A stretch of 64,000 nt of DNA from Candidatus Omnitrophota bacterium (lineage in GTDB: Bacteria > Omnitrophota > Omnitrophia > Omnitrophales > Aquincolibacteriaceae), in assembly GCA_903884815.1 (NCBI GenBank), contig CAISGE010000015.1:22958-86957 (forward strand). Reading direction: 5' to 3'. This document shows positions 19,972 through 30,324 of this stretch, piece by piece. Under the pieces are notes generated by a model, which was not told where the DNA came from, did no database searches, and saw only the letters and a list, made by a program, of their open reading frames with translations. The position numbers and the translations under genes are program-made. Numbering within the stretch: the first letter of the stretch is position 1; every line of letters begins with the position of its first letter.

Positions 19972-21045
19972 ATGAAAAAACAAAATACGATCCTCAGGAA
20001 AAAAACGCGGGCGGTCAAGGTCGGAAAATTGATCTTGGGGGAGGGTCACCCCATTCGTATCCAGTCCATGACCAAAGTCCACACCAAGGACATTCGCGCG
20101 GTTTTGGAGCAGATCGCGCGGCTGGAGCAAGCGGGTTGCGAGATCGTGCGCTGCGCGTGCCCCGGCGAAGAAGACGTCAAGGCGCTGGGGAAGATCAAGG
20201 CGAAAATCAAGATCCCTCTCGTGGCGGACATTCATTTCAATTACCGGTTCGCCCTGATGGCGATCGATGAAGGTGTGGATAAACTCCGCCTCAATCCCGG
20301 CAATATCGGCGACAAGGATCGCGTGGCCGAAGTCGTGGAAAAAGCAAAGCGTCACCACATCCCGATCCGGATCGGGGTCAATTCCGGCTCGCTTGAAAAA
20401 GATCTGATGGAAAAATACGGGCCCACGCCCGAAGCCTTAGTCGAGAGCGCGCGGCGGCATGTTGCGATCCTTGAGGCGCTGGATTTCCATGACACCGTGA
20501 TCTCGCTCAAGGCGACCGATGTTCCGACCATGATCGAGGCCTATCGTCTCGCGAGCCAAAAATTTGATTATCCTCTTCATCTTGGCGTCACCGAAGCCGG
20601 GACTCTGATGCGGGGCAGTATCTATAACGCGATCGGTGTGGGGACGCTTTTGCAAGAGGGGATCGGTGATACGATCCGCGTGTCACTCACGGCGGATCCG
20701 GTCGAAGAAGTGAGGGTTGCGCGGATGATTCTGGAGTCACTCGACCTTCGCGAAGGCGTGCGCGTCATCTCCTGTCCGACTTGTGGGCGCACCGAGATCG
20801 ATACCGCGAAGCTGGCTCAGGAAGTGGAGGCTCGCGCCATGCGGCTCAAAGGGCCGCTTACGATCGCCGTGATGGGATGCGCGGTCAATGGTCCCGGCGA
20901 AGCCCAGGGTGCGGATTTCGCGATCACCGGCGGCCAGAAAAAGGGCATGATCTACGTCGCCGGGAAACAAGAACGCGTGGTCGACGAAGCGCATCTTGTT
21001 GATGAATTGTTTAAAGAGATCGAGAAAAGACAGGGCAACGGGTAA
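19972..21045 (+). CDS. ispG: 4-hydroxy-3-methylbut-2-en-1-yl diphosphate synthase
   Basis: IQSMT, VADIHF, RLNPGNIG, HLGVTEAG, ISCPTCGR, MGCAVNGPGE. Confidence 0.97.
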   Translation: MKKQNTILRKKTRAVKVGKLILGEGHPIRIQSMTKVHTKDIRAVLEQIARLEQAGCEIVRCACPGEEDVKALGKIKAKIKIPLVADIHFNYRFALMAIDEGVDKLRLNPGNIGDKDRVAEVVEKAKRHHIPIRIGVNSGSLEKDLMEKYGPTPEALVESARRHVAILEALDFHDTVISLKATDVPTMIEAYRLASQKFDYPLHLGVTEAGTLMRGSIYNAIGVGTLLQEGIGDTIRVSLTADPVEEVRVARMILESLDLREGVRVISCPTCGRTEIDTAKLAQEVEARAMRLKGPLTIAVMGCAVNGPGEAQGADFAITGGQKKGMIYVAGKQERVVDEAHLVDELFKEIEKRQGNG

Positions 21046-21100
21046 CGGGGAATGCAAAACCCGGAATGGCCTTTCGTCCTTCCACGATAGGAATGCTCAA

Positions 21101-22171
21101 ATGGTTACCCTCCAGGATATCCAGCAAAAATTAAAAGCCGGAGAGCGTCTGTCTCTTGAGGACGGGCGCGCGCTTTTTGAAAGCACGGATATCCTCACGA
21201 TCGGCCGGATGGCGCAGGACGTACGGGAGCGTCTGCACGGACGTCGCGCGTTTTATGCTGTGAACCTTCATCTGAATCCCACGAACATTTGTTCCACCCG
21301 CTGCGAATTCTGCGCCTTTTCCCGCGATGCCGGTGCGCTGGATGCTTACGCCTTGACGCTGGACGAGATCGAAAAGAAAGTCCGGACGGCGGTCGAACAA
21401 TTCCAGATCAACGAGGTCCATATCGTCGGCGGTCACAACCCCGCGCTCGGGTTTGACTACTATCTGGAGATGTTGCGCCGGCTAAGGCGTATCGACTCAA
21501 AGATCTTCATCAAAGCCTTCAGCGCGCCGGAGATCGATGATATGGCAAAGCGCGCGGGAATTTCATGGGAGGAAGTTCTGACGCAACTTAAGGGCGCTGG
21601 ATTGAGCGGAATGCCGGGCGGTGGAGCGGAAATTTTTGATCCCGAAGTGCGCGCGAAGCTGTGCCCCGGGAAGATCTCCGGTGAAGAGTGGCTGGGCGTG
21701 CACCGGACCGCACACGGGTTGGGGATCAAAACCAACGCGACTCTGCTTTACGGGCATATCGAAACTGCCGTACATCGTGTGGCCCATCTTTTGAAGTTAC
21801 GGGATCTCCAGGACGAGACCGGTGGGTTTAGCGCCTTTGTGCCGCTTGCCTACCATCCTCAAAACAATGCGCTCAAAGGGGCCCGGGAGACAACCGGTTT
21901 TCTGGATCTAAAAATGATTTCCATTTCGAGGCTTCTTCTTGATAATATCCCTCATATCAAGGCCCACGGATCGGCGACCAATCTCAAATTTATCCAAGCC
22001 GCACTTTCGTTCGGCGCGGATGACATGGGAGGCACCAATCTTCAGGAGCGGGTGATGCATGAAGCGGGGAGCCGTTCGCCGGAGGGATTAGGCGCGGCGG
22101 ACCTTGTTCGGTGTATCCGTGACGCGGGGTACACGCCTTGCCGGGTCGATAGTTCTTATTCAATCGCATAA
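21101..22171 (+). CDS. mqnE: Radical SAM CofH/MqnE family, probable aminofutalosine synthase
   Basis: TNICSTRCEFCAF, EVHIVGG, MPGGGAEIF, NATLLYGHIE, LLDNIPHIKA, MHEAG. Confidence 0.8.
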   Translation: MVTLQDIQQKLKAGERLSLEDGRALFESTDILTIGRMAQDVRERLHGRRAFYAVNLHLNPTNICSTRCEFCAFSRDAGALDAYALTLDEIEKKVRTAVEQFQINEVHIVGGHNPALGFDYYLEMLRRLRRIDSKIFIKAFSAPEIDDMAKRAGISWEEVLTQLKGAGLSGMPGGGAEIFDPEVRAKLCPGKISGEEWLGVHRTAHGLGIKTNATLLYGHIETAVHRVAHLLKLRDLQDETGGFSAFVPLAYHPQNNALKGARETTGFLDLKMISISRLLLDNIPHIKAHGSATNLKFIQAALSFGADDMGGTNLQERVMHEAGSRSPEGLGAADLVRCIRDAGYTPCRVDSSYSIA

Positions 22172-22189
22172 ACAAAGGACCTTACAACC

Positions 22190-22666
22190 ATGTCCGACAA
22201 AGTGATCTTGACGCAAGAAGGCTACGACAAACTTTATGAGGATCTGATGTTCCTCAAGACGAAGAAGCGCCGCGAGGTCGCGGACCAGCTTGAGAAGGCG
22301 CGGGCTCACGGGGACCTCAGCGAAAACGCCGACTGGGAGACCGCCAAAGAGACGAAGCATCAACTGGAAATCCGTATCGGCCAGTTGGAGCATCGGCTCG
22401 CGAGCGCGCAGATCGTCGCAAAAGGGGATATCGCGCAGGACAAGGTTTATCTGACGGCGAAGGTCAAGGTGAAGAATCTGAAAAGCGGCGATACCTTTGA
22501 TTACATCCTTGTTTCTCAGGACGAGGCGAATTTTGACGAGGGCAAGATCTCGGTCACCTCACCCATTGGCCGTGGACTTCTTGGGAAGTCTCTGAACGAG
22601 GTTGCTGAGATTCAGGTTCCTGTCGGTAAAATCCAACTCAAAATCATGGAGATAAACTATGAATAA
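22190..22666 (+). CDS. greA: Transcription elongation factor GreA
   Basis: ARAHGDLSENA, ISVTSPIGRGLLGK. Confidence 0.96.
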   Translation: MSDKVILTQEGYDKLYEDLMFLKTKKRREVADQLEKARAHGDLSENADWETAKETKHQLEIRIGQLEHRLASAQIVAKGDIAQDKVYLTAKVKVKNLKSGDTFDYILVSQDEANFDEGKISVTSPIGRGLLGKSLNEVAEIQVPVGKIQLKIMEINYE

Positions 22667-23474
22667 AATGCTGACGTTCTTTACCGCGCCCATCACCGCT
22701 CTTTTTTCTCCGTCCGTTTACCGGGATGCCGCCAAGAGTTCTCCGGCGCGCGGCGTGCTTTATTCGCTTTATCTCGCAGGCCTTTCGTGTGTTCTCGTCA
22801 TGATGGTGGTTTCGGTGAAGATCATGCCCCAGGCGGACGCGTTCGCGGGTTGGATCAAAACAAGTATGCCGGCTCTTCTCTGGACACCTGCGGGACTCAG
22901 CCTCGAGAATGGTAAGACCACCGCCGAGCTCCAACACCCCAAGTACGGCATGATCGCACTTTTTGATATGACGAAGACCTCGGCGACGGAAGCGGACATG
23001 GGAAAAGCCTATCTCCTCGTGACGTCGCAAAAAGTTTATATCCGGAAGGCACCGGGGCAGGTCGAGGAGCGGGACATTACGGGCGCCGGTATGCGTTCAA
23101 ATCAGTCGCTTCCGCCCAAGGTTCGTATTGACGGAGGGATCGCGGAGAAGCTTTATCAGAATCTTAAGAAGGCGCTGGCGTTCGCGCTGCCGTTCATGAT
23201 CCTGATTTTGTCGCTCGTGTTTTTCCTCGTCATGAATCTCTTTTACTCCTTGGCGGGACTTCTTTTCAACAAGATGCGCAAGGACAAGCTTGGCTACGGG
23301 GCGATCTTTAATCTCACCTGCTTCGCGATGACGGCATCGTTCACGCTGACCTGGCTCAAAGTCCTGATCCCTGTGCCGGCTTTCCCCGGGACATTTGGCT
23401 TGAATGTTCTTGTGACGCTCCTCTATATGTACTTCGCCTTCAAGATCACGGATTCAAAGCCCGAAGTCATTTAA
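22659..23474 (+). CDS. Membrane protein, DUF1189-like
   Basis: N-terminal TM, periplasmic domain and three C-terminal TMs; family assignment by architecture only. Confidence 0.5.
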   Translation: MNKMLTFFTAPITALFSPSVYRDAAKSSPARGVLYSLYLAGLSCVLVMMVVSVKIMPQADAFAGWIKTSMPALLWTPAGLSLENGKTTAELQHPKYGMIALFDMTKTSATEADMGKAYLLVTSQKVYIRKAPGQVEERDITGAGMRSNQSLPPKVRIDGGIAEKLYQNLKKALAFALPFMILILSLVFFLVMNLFYSLAGLLFNKMRKDKLGYGAIFNLTCFAMTASFTLTWLKVLIPVPAFPGTFGLNVLVTLLYMYFAFKITDSKPEVI

Positions 23475-23481
23475 ACAAAAT

Positions 23482-23520
23482 AAAAGGGGACAGGCAGTTA
23501 TTTGATGCCTGTCCTCTTTT
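23482..23520. terminator. Bidirectional terminator / repeat family GGGGACAGGCA-N9-10-TGCCTGTCCCC, copy 1
   Basis: Hairpin flanked by A and T runs between convergent genes. Confidence 0.75.
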
Positions 23521-23562
23521 ATTATTTCAACAGACTACCTACCCCGTACTACCTACCGTTTT

Positions 23563-24070
23563 TCAAATCGTGCAACCTGTCGCAGATTTGTCTCCATCTA
23601 TAACAGGGGGTATGGGCTTAAATGTGTTCCAACATTGCCAAAGGTCATCCCCTGAGTAGTATTGCAGATAAGGATAAGGCGAGGGGTCTGTGTCGATTTT
23701 TGCGGTAACTTTGAACGTTTCGTCGTTAAAGGCCGCATACCGATACGTCCAAACTTATTGTCTTTTCTATGCCGGTAAGCCCAAGATCGGCCCAACTAGC
23801 CTCATTAGAGTCTTGAGAATCATCCGTGGGATGCGAAACAATTATTGTTGCTCCATCTTGAAGTATATTGGGAAGCAGATAGGTTCCATGGAAGTCGTAG
23901 TATCTTTCCGCTGCGCGCTTCATGGCGCCCACCATTTGAAATGCTTCGGCGGCTTTGGCTTTTTCGGTTTGCATCAGCATGCGCGGCACGATAAGCGATG
24001 CCAGGATAGCGATGATCACGACCACGATCAATACCTCGACAAGCGTGAATCCTCTTTGCCTGTTTTTCAT
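23563..24070 (-). pseudogene. Type IV pilin-like protein P2 (GCTI subfamily), frameshifted by one extra base near 23757
   Basis: MKNRQRG|FTLVEV...GLTGIEKT, continuing in the shifted frame as VWTYRYAAF...WQCWNTFKPIPP...TGCTI* (stop 23563-23565), collinear with P1 and P6. Confidence 0.85.
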
Positions 24071-24087
24071 AAGCTTCCTCCTTGGGA

Positions 24088-24160
24088 ATGACGCAAAATT
24101 ACTATCTAGAGATTCGTCATTTACCCAAGAAAACTATAGCATATGTTCGGAGGGTGGGGG
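24088..24160 (-). promoter_or_regulatory. Shared pilin promoter/leader motif, copy 2
   Basis: CCCCCaccctccgaacatatgcTATAGT-N14-GACGA; ATGACG-N21-CGTCAT. Confidence 0.72.
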
Positions 24161-24220
24161 CCGGAAGGCGAGGACGCCAGGGACGTTCTCCCTATACACA
24201 CCGGGTGTGGCAATGCTGTA

Positions 24221-25114
24221 CTACAAGCTGGATTCGCTGGCAAGGGTGGCGGGGAGTTTTATTTCGCGCCGGGTTTCGAAGTAGGAAATGAGCGAGCCGC
24301 TTCCCACGATCAGGACAATGCCGGTCGCCGTGACCCAGGTGATGGCATCCCCCCAGAGCATCCATCCGTAAAAGAACGATAGCACCGGATGAAGATACGA
24401 GAACGGCGTGACGAGATAGGCGGGCGCCCGTCGCAGGGCCGTGGTCATCCAGATCTGTCCGAAAAAGGAAAAGATCACCACGCCTGCCACAAGCCCCCAG
24501 GTCCCAAGATCCGGCCACTTCCATCCTTGGAGAAAGAAAAGCGATCCCGCGGTCGAGATCAGCGTAAAATAAAAGATCACCGTGTAGGGCGATTCTCGGT
24601 GGCGGATGGTGCGGATCGAAAGGTACGCGAAGGCCGCGAAAATGGAGGAGAGGAGCGCCAGCCACATGGCGGGGCTCCACGCCACGTTGGAGTGCGCGTT
24701 TAGCAGCACCACTCCCGCGAAAGACAGCAGGATCAAAAAACAAAGCGAGAGGCTCGGACGTTCCTTCAGGATGAAGATCGAGAAGATCACGGTGAAGATC
24801 GGGGCTGTGTAGTTGAGCATGATCGCGAGGCCGAGGTCGAGTTTCGAGATCGTATAGAAATGCAGGATCAGGGCCGCGAAGCCGCAGAGGCCTCGCGCCG
24901 TCAGCTTGAAGCGCTCGGAGCCCCAAAGGGACACTTTTTTATTCCATATGACGGGAAGCACCATCAGAAGGCCGAAGAAGCTCCGGAAGAAAACGATCTG
25001 GAAAGGGGAGATGGACGCGCTGGCATATTTGACGCAAAGCGCCATCCCGGAAAAGCAGAGCGCGCTCTGGGTCATGAGCCGGATGCCGGAGAGATAAAGT
25101 TTAGAGCGTTTCAT
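24221..25114 (-). CDS. EamA/DMT family transporter
   Basis: 10-TM duplicated architecture; QIVFFRS, NYTAPIF, LKER. Confidence 0.88.
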   Translation of the reverse strand: MKRSKLYLSGIRLMTQSALCFSGMALCVKYASASISPFQIVFFRSFFGLLMVLPVIWNKKVSLWGSERFKLTARGLCGFAALILHFYTISKLDLGLAIMLNYTAPIFTVIFSIFILKERPSLSLCFLILLSFAGVVLLNAHSNVAWSPAMWLALLSSIFAAFAYLSIRTIRHRESPYTVIFYFTLISTAGSLFFLQGWKWPDLGTWGLVAGVVIFSFFGQIWMTTALRRAPAYLVTPFSYLHPVLSFFYGWMLWGDAITWVTATGIVLIVGSGSLISYFETRREIKLPATLASESSL

Positions 25115-25121
25115 TTTTTTC

Positions 25122-25197
25122 GTACAACGAGAAACGGGCAACGTGCAACGTTAAAGCCGAAGCTTTTTCGTTGTCCGTTGAACATCGTACGTTGACC
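25122..25197. repeat. Heptamer-periodic inverted repeat
   Basis: gtacaac gagaaac gggcaac gtgcaac ... gttgtcc gttgaac atcgtac gttgacc. Confidence 0.7.
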
Positions 25198-26234
25198 TAG
25201 GTTTTTAGAATGATTTTGCCGAAATTTTCGCGAGCGGCCATGCGGTTAAGGGCCTTGCGCGCTTCCCGGAGAGGGAACACTTGATCGAGCACGGGTTTCA
25301 GACGGCCGTCCTGGATGCGGCGGACAACCCGCTTGAGTTCGTCGATGCCGCCCATGTAGGAACCCGTGATCGAGATCTGATGGGTGTAAAGATAACGCAG
25401 GTCAAAGCTGACGGTACGCCCGGCGGTGGCGCCGCAGGTCACGATCCGTCCCCGTTTTTTAAGGCACAGAACGCTTTTGGTGAAGGTCTCCCCGCCGATA
25501 TGCTCAAAGAGGACGTCGACTCCCTGGCTTTTCGTGAAGCGCATGACCTCACTGTGGAAATCCTTCAGCCGATAGTTGATCACGTGATCCGCGCCGAGGG
25601 CTTTGGCGCGCTGGACTTTTTCCTCGCTTCCCACGGTGGTGATGACGTGGGCGCCGAGAAGCTTTGCGATCTGGATCGCCGCGCTTCCGATGCCACTTCC
25701 GGCGGCATGGATCAGGACGGTTTCCTTTTTCTGGAGCGCCGCGTGCGTGACGAGGATATGCCAGGCCGTGAGGAAGACAAGCGGTACCGCGGCCCAGGAT
25801 TCCATGCCGAGTTTTCCGGGGACGGGGATAATGTTCCGTGCCGGGACTTTGACGTATTCAGCGAAGCCGCCGTTATTCTGGAACCCGATGATCTCATACT
25901 TTGCGCAGAGGCTGTCCCATCCCGATTCGCAGTAGGCGCATGTCCCGCATGAAATACCGGGTGCAACGATGACAGGCTGGTGGAGCGGGATGCCGTGAGC
26001 TTTCTTGCCTTTTTCGACGACTTCGCCCGCGATATCACAGCCGAGTATATGGGGCATGCTGATCTTGATGCCGGGCATGCCCCCGAGTACCCAAAGGTCC
26101 AAATGATTCAGCGCGCAGGCCTTGACCTTGACCAGAACATCTTTTTTCCCAAGCTCCGGGATCGGGACATAAGCTTCTTCAAGCTCTGCCGTCGTGCCGT
26201 GTTTTTTAAAAATGACCGCTTTCATTTTTGCCAT
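25197..26234 (-). CDS. Zinc-binding (MDR) alcohol dehydrogenase/quinone oxidoreductase
   Basis: ALNHLD, CGTCAYC...C structural Zn site, AAGSGIG, FGKIIL. Confidence 0.88.
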   Translation of the reverse strand: MAKMKAVIFKKHGTTAELEEAYVPIPELGKKDVLVKVKACALNHLDLWVLGGMPGIKISMPHILGCDIAGEVVEKGKKAHGIPLHQPVIVAPGISCGTCAYCESGWDSLCAKYEIIGFQNNGGFAEYVKVPARNIIPVPGKLGMESWAAVPLVFLTAWHILVTHAALQKKETVLIHAAGSGIGSAAIQIAKLLGAHVITTVGSEEKVQRAKALGADHVINYRLKDFHSEVMRFTKSQGVDVLFEHIGGETFTKSVLCLKKRGRIVTCGATAGRTVSFDLRYLYTHQISITGSYMGGIDELKRVVRRIQDGRLKPVLDQVFPLREARKALNRMAARENFGKIILKT

Positions 26235-26256
26235 GAGAGGTCACCTGATTGGATCT

Positions 26257-26281
26257 GTAGGGCAGGTTTAAACCTTCCCTA
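26257..26281. repeat. GTAG-type REP-like palindrome
   Basis: gtagggcaggtttaaaccttcccta. Confidence 0.5.
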
Positions 26282-26379
26282 GGGTTTTCAAAAAAATCAT
26301 AAATTACTTATTGGATCGGATTATAGCGGAAAGCGAGAAGGCTTACAATGTCGGGCGCGGGGCTGTTATAATCCACGCT

Positions 26380-27039
26380 ATGCGAGAGACATTACGTTCG
26401 AAAAAGAAACGCGTGCGCGCCATTTTTAGAATCCTGGGAAAGACCTATCCGGACTCTCAATGTGCCCTTTATTTTAAGACGCCGTGGGAACTCCTCGTCG
26501 CGACGATTCTTTCCGCCCAGTGTACGGACAAGCGAGTGAATCAGGTGACGCCGGCGCTTTTCAAGAGATATCCCGACATCCGTGCCTTCGTGGCCGCCGA
26601 TCTCTTCGGAGTCGAGGAGATCGTTCGCAGTACGGGTTTTTACAGGAACAAGACCAAGAACATCTTAGGAGCGGCACGGGCGGTGCTCGCGCGATTCGGT
26701 GGGGAAGTGCCGTCCCGCATGGAGGATCTGGTGACGATCCCGGGCGTCGGCCGGAAGACGGCCAATGTGATCTTGGGGAACGCGTATGGCATTCCCGGGA
26801 TCCCGGTGGACACACATATGATCCGTATCAACCGGCTCTTGGGCCTGACGCTTCACAAGGATCCCGTAAAGATCGAGCGGAATCTGATGGAGCTTGTGCC
26901 TCGCAAGGACTGGACCGTTTACTCGCATCGCATTATCCACCATGGCCGCGCCTGCTGTGTCGCCCGGCGCCCCGATTGTATAAAGTGCGAGATCCGGAAA
27001 TTGTGTCCTTCAGCAAAAAAAGTGGACGGAAAAACCTAA
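26380..27039 (+). CDS. nth: Endonuclease III
   Basis: LLVATILSAQCTD, PGVGRKTANV, PVDTH, C-x6-C-x2-C-x5-C. Confidence 0.95.
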   Translation: MRETLRSKKKRVRAIFRILGKTYPDSQCALYFKTPWELLVATILSAQCTDKRVNQVTPALFKRYPDIRAFVAADLFGVEEIVRSTGFYRNKTKNILGAARAVLARFGGEVPSRMEDLVTIPGVGRKTANVILGNAYGIPGIPVDTHMIRINRLLGLTLHKDPVKIERNLMELVPRKDWTVYSHRIIHHGRACCVARRPDCIKCEIRKLCPSAKKVDGKT

Positions 27040-27188
27040 AGGAAAGTGCTCGAGGTTCCGAAAATCTGTAGGAGACCACAAGAGAGGAGCGCTTCGGAAA
27101 AGAAAAGCGTGAGCTTCTATTGCGCTTTTCATTCCTGGCGACTTAGGCTATCATGACTGCACATTTTATTTTTGAGGGAGAAAAAAAT

Positions 27189-27560
27189 ATGGCCCAGAAA
27201 AAGATCCTGTTCATAGACGACGAGCCGGTGGTGCTGACGCTGATGAAGAACCGTCTCGTGTCGAGGGATTTTCTAGTCGAGACCGCGGCGGACGGCGCGA
27301 CTGGTTTGGCCAAGGCCAAAACGTGGCAACCCGACCTTATTTTATTGGATATTGCCATGCCGGGTTTGGATGGCTATGAGATCTGCCGCTCCCTCAAAGA
27401 AATGAACGCGACAGCAGACATCCCGGTGATCCTCTTTACCGCGATGCAGGACGCCCAGCTTGACGTTCTCGCCAAATCAGCCGGTGCCGCGCGAGTGATA
27501 CGCAAACCTTTCGTCGATCAGGTTTTTCAGGCTATCGACCAGATCCTTGGCCCTCAATAA
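27189..27560 (+). CDS. Single-domain response regulator
   Basis: KILFIDD, PDLILLDIAMPGLDG, RKPF. Confidence 0.9.
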   Translation: MAQKKILFIDDEPVVLTLMKNRLVSRDFLVETAADGATGLAKAKTWQPDLILLDIAMPGLDGYEICRSLKEMNATADIPVILFTAMQDAQLDVLAKSAGAARVIRKPFVDQVFQAIDQILGPQ

Positions 27561-27725
27561 CAAAAGGGCGACACCCTTTTTGTCCTTCGGCACACAGATT
27601 CTATTGATCGCCGATATCCCTCTTTTTTCCTTTCCCGGCCTTATGGACACAGGCCTGTGTTCAGTGTATATTACAGCTCCGTTGCGACACGATTTTCACC
27701 GCCATCTTCCAGAAGGAGCCATTTC

Positions 27726-28055
27726 ATGAGCAAAGAAAAAGTTCTGACCGACGCAAACTTCCAGAAAGAAGTACTTGAGTCCCCACTGCCCGTCCTTCTT
27801 GATTTCTGGGCGGAGTGGTGCGGTCCCTGCCGGATGCTCGGTCCCGTGATTGAAAAGATCGCCGCCGCGAACGCCGGGCGCATCGTTGTCGGAAAAATGA
27901 ACGTGGATGAGAATCCGGCCACGCCGCAGAAGTACGGGGTGCAGGGCATCCCCACGGTGATTTTCTTCAAAGGTGGGGAAGTCGCGAAGCAACTGGTAGG
28001 CTACCAGGCCCAAGACAAGATCCAGAAGGCCATCGACGAGCTTTTCCCGAAATAA
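27726..28055 (+). CDS. trxA: Thioredoxin
   Basis: DFWAEWCGPC, GIPT; AAGGAG RBS. Confidence 0.96.
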   Translation: MSKEKVLTDANFQKEVLESPLPVLLDFWAEWCGPCRMLGPVIEKIAAANAGRIVVGKMNVDENPATPQKYGVQGIPTVIFFKGGEVAKQLVGYQAQDKIQKAIDELFPK

Positions 28056-28068
28056 GGTGACGGTCACT

Positions 28069-28112
28069 AAAAGGGGGACAGGCAGTCACTTAATGCCTGT
28101 CCCCTTTTTTTT
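28069..28112 (+). terminator. Terminator / GGGGACAGGCA repeat family, copy 2
   Basis: ggggacaggcagtcacttaatgcctgtcccc followed by a T run, after trxA. Confidence 0.8.
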
Positions 28113-28150
28113 ATTTGAAAGTCATTTCAGATGAGAATCTCCTCCCCTTT

Positions 28151-29113
28151 ATGAAAGAACGCCGCATCGGAAAAACAAACCTGCGCGTTTCGGAGATTGG
28201 CTTTGGCGGCTGGCCCATCGGCGGCGGCAGTTACGGCCCGGTCGATGATGCCGCTTCCCTTGATGCCCTCGACGCGGCTTGGGATTCCGGGATTAATTTT
28301 TTCGATACGGCGGACGTGTACGGCGAAGGCCACAGCGAAGAACTTCTCGGGACGTTCCTCAAGACCAAACGCCGCGAACAGGCCGTGATCGCCACCAAGG
28401 GCGGCTGGGACTTTTACCACGGCGCCCACGTCAAGAATTTCACTCCGGAGCATCTCCGGAACGCTTGCGAAAATAGTCTGAAACGCCTCGGGGTCGAGAC
28501 GATCGATCTCTATCAGCTGCATAATCCCTCGCTGGAAATGATCCGCAAAAAAGAGATCGTGAACGTGCTTTCATTGCTGAAAAAAGAAGGCAAGATCCGC
28601 TATATCGGGATGTCGGTCCACACAGAAGTCGAGGCCTTTGCGGCGCTGCAAGACCCCCGGGTCTCCGCGATCCAGATCATTTTCAATCTTATGGACCAGC
28701 GCATGGTGGAGCGTGTTTTTCCAGAGGCCGACAAGCAGAATGCGGGGATCATCGTCCGTGAGCCGCTTGCTTCGGGGATGCTGAGCGGGGACTATTTGCC
28801 TTCCCATGAGTTTCCTAAAGATGATCATCGCCGTCGCTGGCTTCCAGCCAAGAGAGAAGCGGATTGGCAGAAGGTTAAGTGTCTTCAGAATGCTCTGAAA
28901 GACAAAAAGATCCCGCTCACGCAGGCGGCGCTGGAGTTTATTCTCTCATTCGATGTGGTCTCTTCGGCGATCCCCGGCGCGAAAACACGGACTCAGGTTC
29001 TTGCGAACGCCGCGGCTTCGCTCGCTCCGGAGCTTGAACGGGAGGATATCGACCGTTTGGAGACCCTTTACGCGCAGGAGCAGATCTTCCGGCAAGGTAT
29101 GAACCCGAAATGA
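28151..29113 (+). CDS. Aldo/keto reductase
   Basis: GINFFDTADVYG, ATKGG, SLKRLGVETIDLYQLH, IPGAKT. Confidence 0.92.
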   Translation: MKERRIGKTNLRVSEIGFGGWPIGGGSYGPVDDAASLDALDAAWDSGINFFDTADVYGEGHSEELLGTFLKTKRREQAVIATKGGWDFYHGAHVKNFTPEHLRNACENSLKRLGVETIDLYQLHNPSLEMIRKKEIVNVLSLLKKEGKIRYIGMSVHTEVEAFAALQDPRVSAIQIIFNLMDQRMVERVFPEADKQNAGIIVREPLASGMLSGDYLPSHEFPKDDHRRRWLPAKREADWQKVKCLQNALKDKKIPLTQAALEFILSFDVVSSAIPGAKTRTQVLANAAASLAPELEREDIDRLETLYAQEQIFRQGMNPK

Positions 29114-30324
29114 AAAAATTTCGTATCCTTTTTATTTTCCTTATTTTTATCGGCGTCCTGGCCCTCACGTATGGCCGTCTTCTCGGAATGGCCGCGGAAC
29201 CTTTTCTGGAAAAGCTCATGACCGATGCTTTTGACATGCCGGTGGATGTCGATGGCATGCGGATCTATCCTTTGACCGGTATCGTGAAAATTTCGAAGAT
29301 CGAATTTTTGAATCCCGCGGGATTCCGTCGCAAGGATCAGTTCACTGCCAGAGGGATCACTCTTTTGTTGGATCTCTCGGTACTCAAGAACAAATTAATC
29401 CGGATCCGCAAGGCCCATTTCAAAGAAATCGTGTTCGCGATCGAAAGCTACATGACCCCGAAGGGCTCCCGGAACAATGTTTGGCTCTGGTATCATCACA
29501 TGGGTCTGGACAAGGACGATCCGCCGATCCCCCCACGCGCGATGCCGCATCCTGATAATGTGGGCGAGGATTCCTGGCGCGTTCAGATCAACCGTCTGGA
29601 TATGGATAACGGAACGGTCATTTTTGATGACCGACGCGAGCCTGAAGAGCAGCAATGGATCTTTGAGCATCTCCGCGGTTACTGGACCGGCTTTGATTTT
29701 CTTTCGGACTACACCAGTCCGACCTTCACTGAGACCATCCAGTTGGAAGGTACGTTCGGGTCCAATCCTCCGGCCCGTTTCACCGGAGGAGGTCCTTGTC
29801 AATTTGCGGACGGGGACAATTTTAATGTTGATGTCGCGATCACCGGCGGTTCCATCTCGGAATACGAGTTTCTGATGGCGGGGATCCCCGGCGAAGTGAC
29901 CCGCGGGACTTTTGATCTCAAATCGCATCTTCTTGTTGTGGAAAGCGATCTGAAGTCCGAGCATCGGCTGACGCTCAAGGATATGAAACTGGCGTCCCCG
30001 ACTACGACCCAGAAGCTCTTGAAGTATCCCTTTGGAGCACTGCAGCTTTTCTTGGAGGAGCAAAAGGCGGTGGAGCTGGATATTCGTGTCGATGGTTATA
30101 TCGGGGATCCCAAATTCCGCATGGGCCGCGCTTTCACAAAGGCATTCCAAAAGGCCCTGCTTGCCAAAGCCAAGGCGGGGGTTAAGGGCACGGTCAAGAT
30201 CGCCACAGACACGCCTTTCCAGGTCGCGAACGGTCTGACGAAGATCGGTTCGATCCTGGCGGAGCCGTTCACACGCAAAGATAAGGCGGCCGTTCCTGCC
30301 GCCGGAGGGAAATCCAATGGTTGA
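29110..30324 (+). CDS. AsmA-like / DUF748 family envelope protein
   Basis: N-terminal membrane anchor, beta-rich body, C-terminal LDIRVDGYIGDPKF. Confidence 0.55.
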   Translation: MKKFRILFIFLIFIGVLALTYGRLLGMAAEPFLEKLMTDAFDMPVDVDGMRIYPLTGIVKISKIEFLNPAGFRRKDQFTARGITLLLDLSVLKNKLIRIRKAHFKEIVFAIESYMTPKGSRNNVWLWYHHMGLDKDDPPIPPRAMPHPDNVGEDSWRVQINRLDMDNGTVIFDDRREPEEQQWIFEHLRGYWTGFDFLSDYTSPTFTETIQLEGTFGSNPPARFTGGGPCQFADGDNFNVDVAITGGSISEYEFLMAGIPGEVTRGTFDLKSHLLVVESDLKSEHRLTLKDMKLASPTTTQKLLKYPFGALQLFLEEQKAVELDIRVDGYIGDPKFRMGRAFTKAFQKALLAKAKAGVKGTVKIATDTPFQVANGLTKIGSILAEPFTRKDKAAVPAAGGKSNG

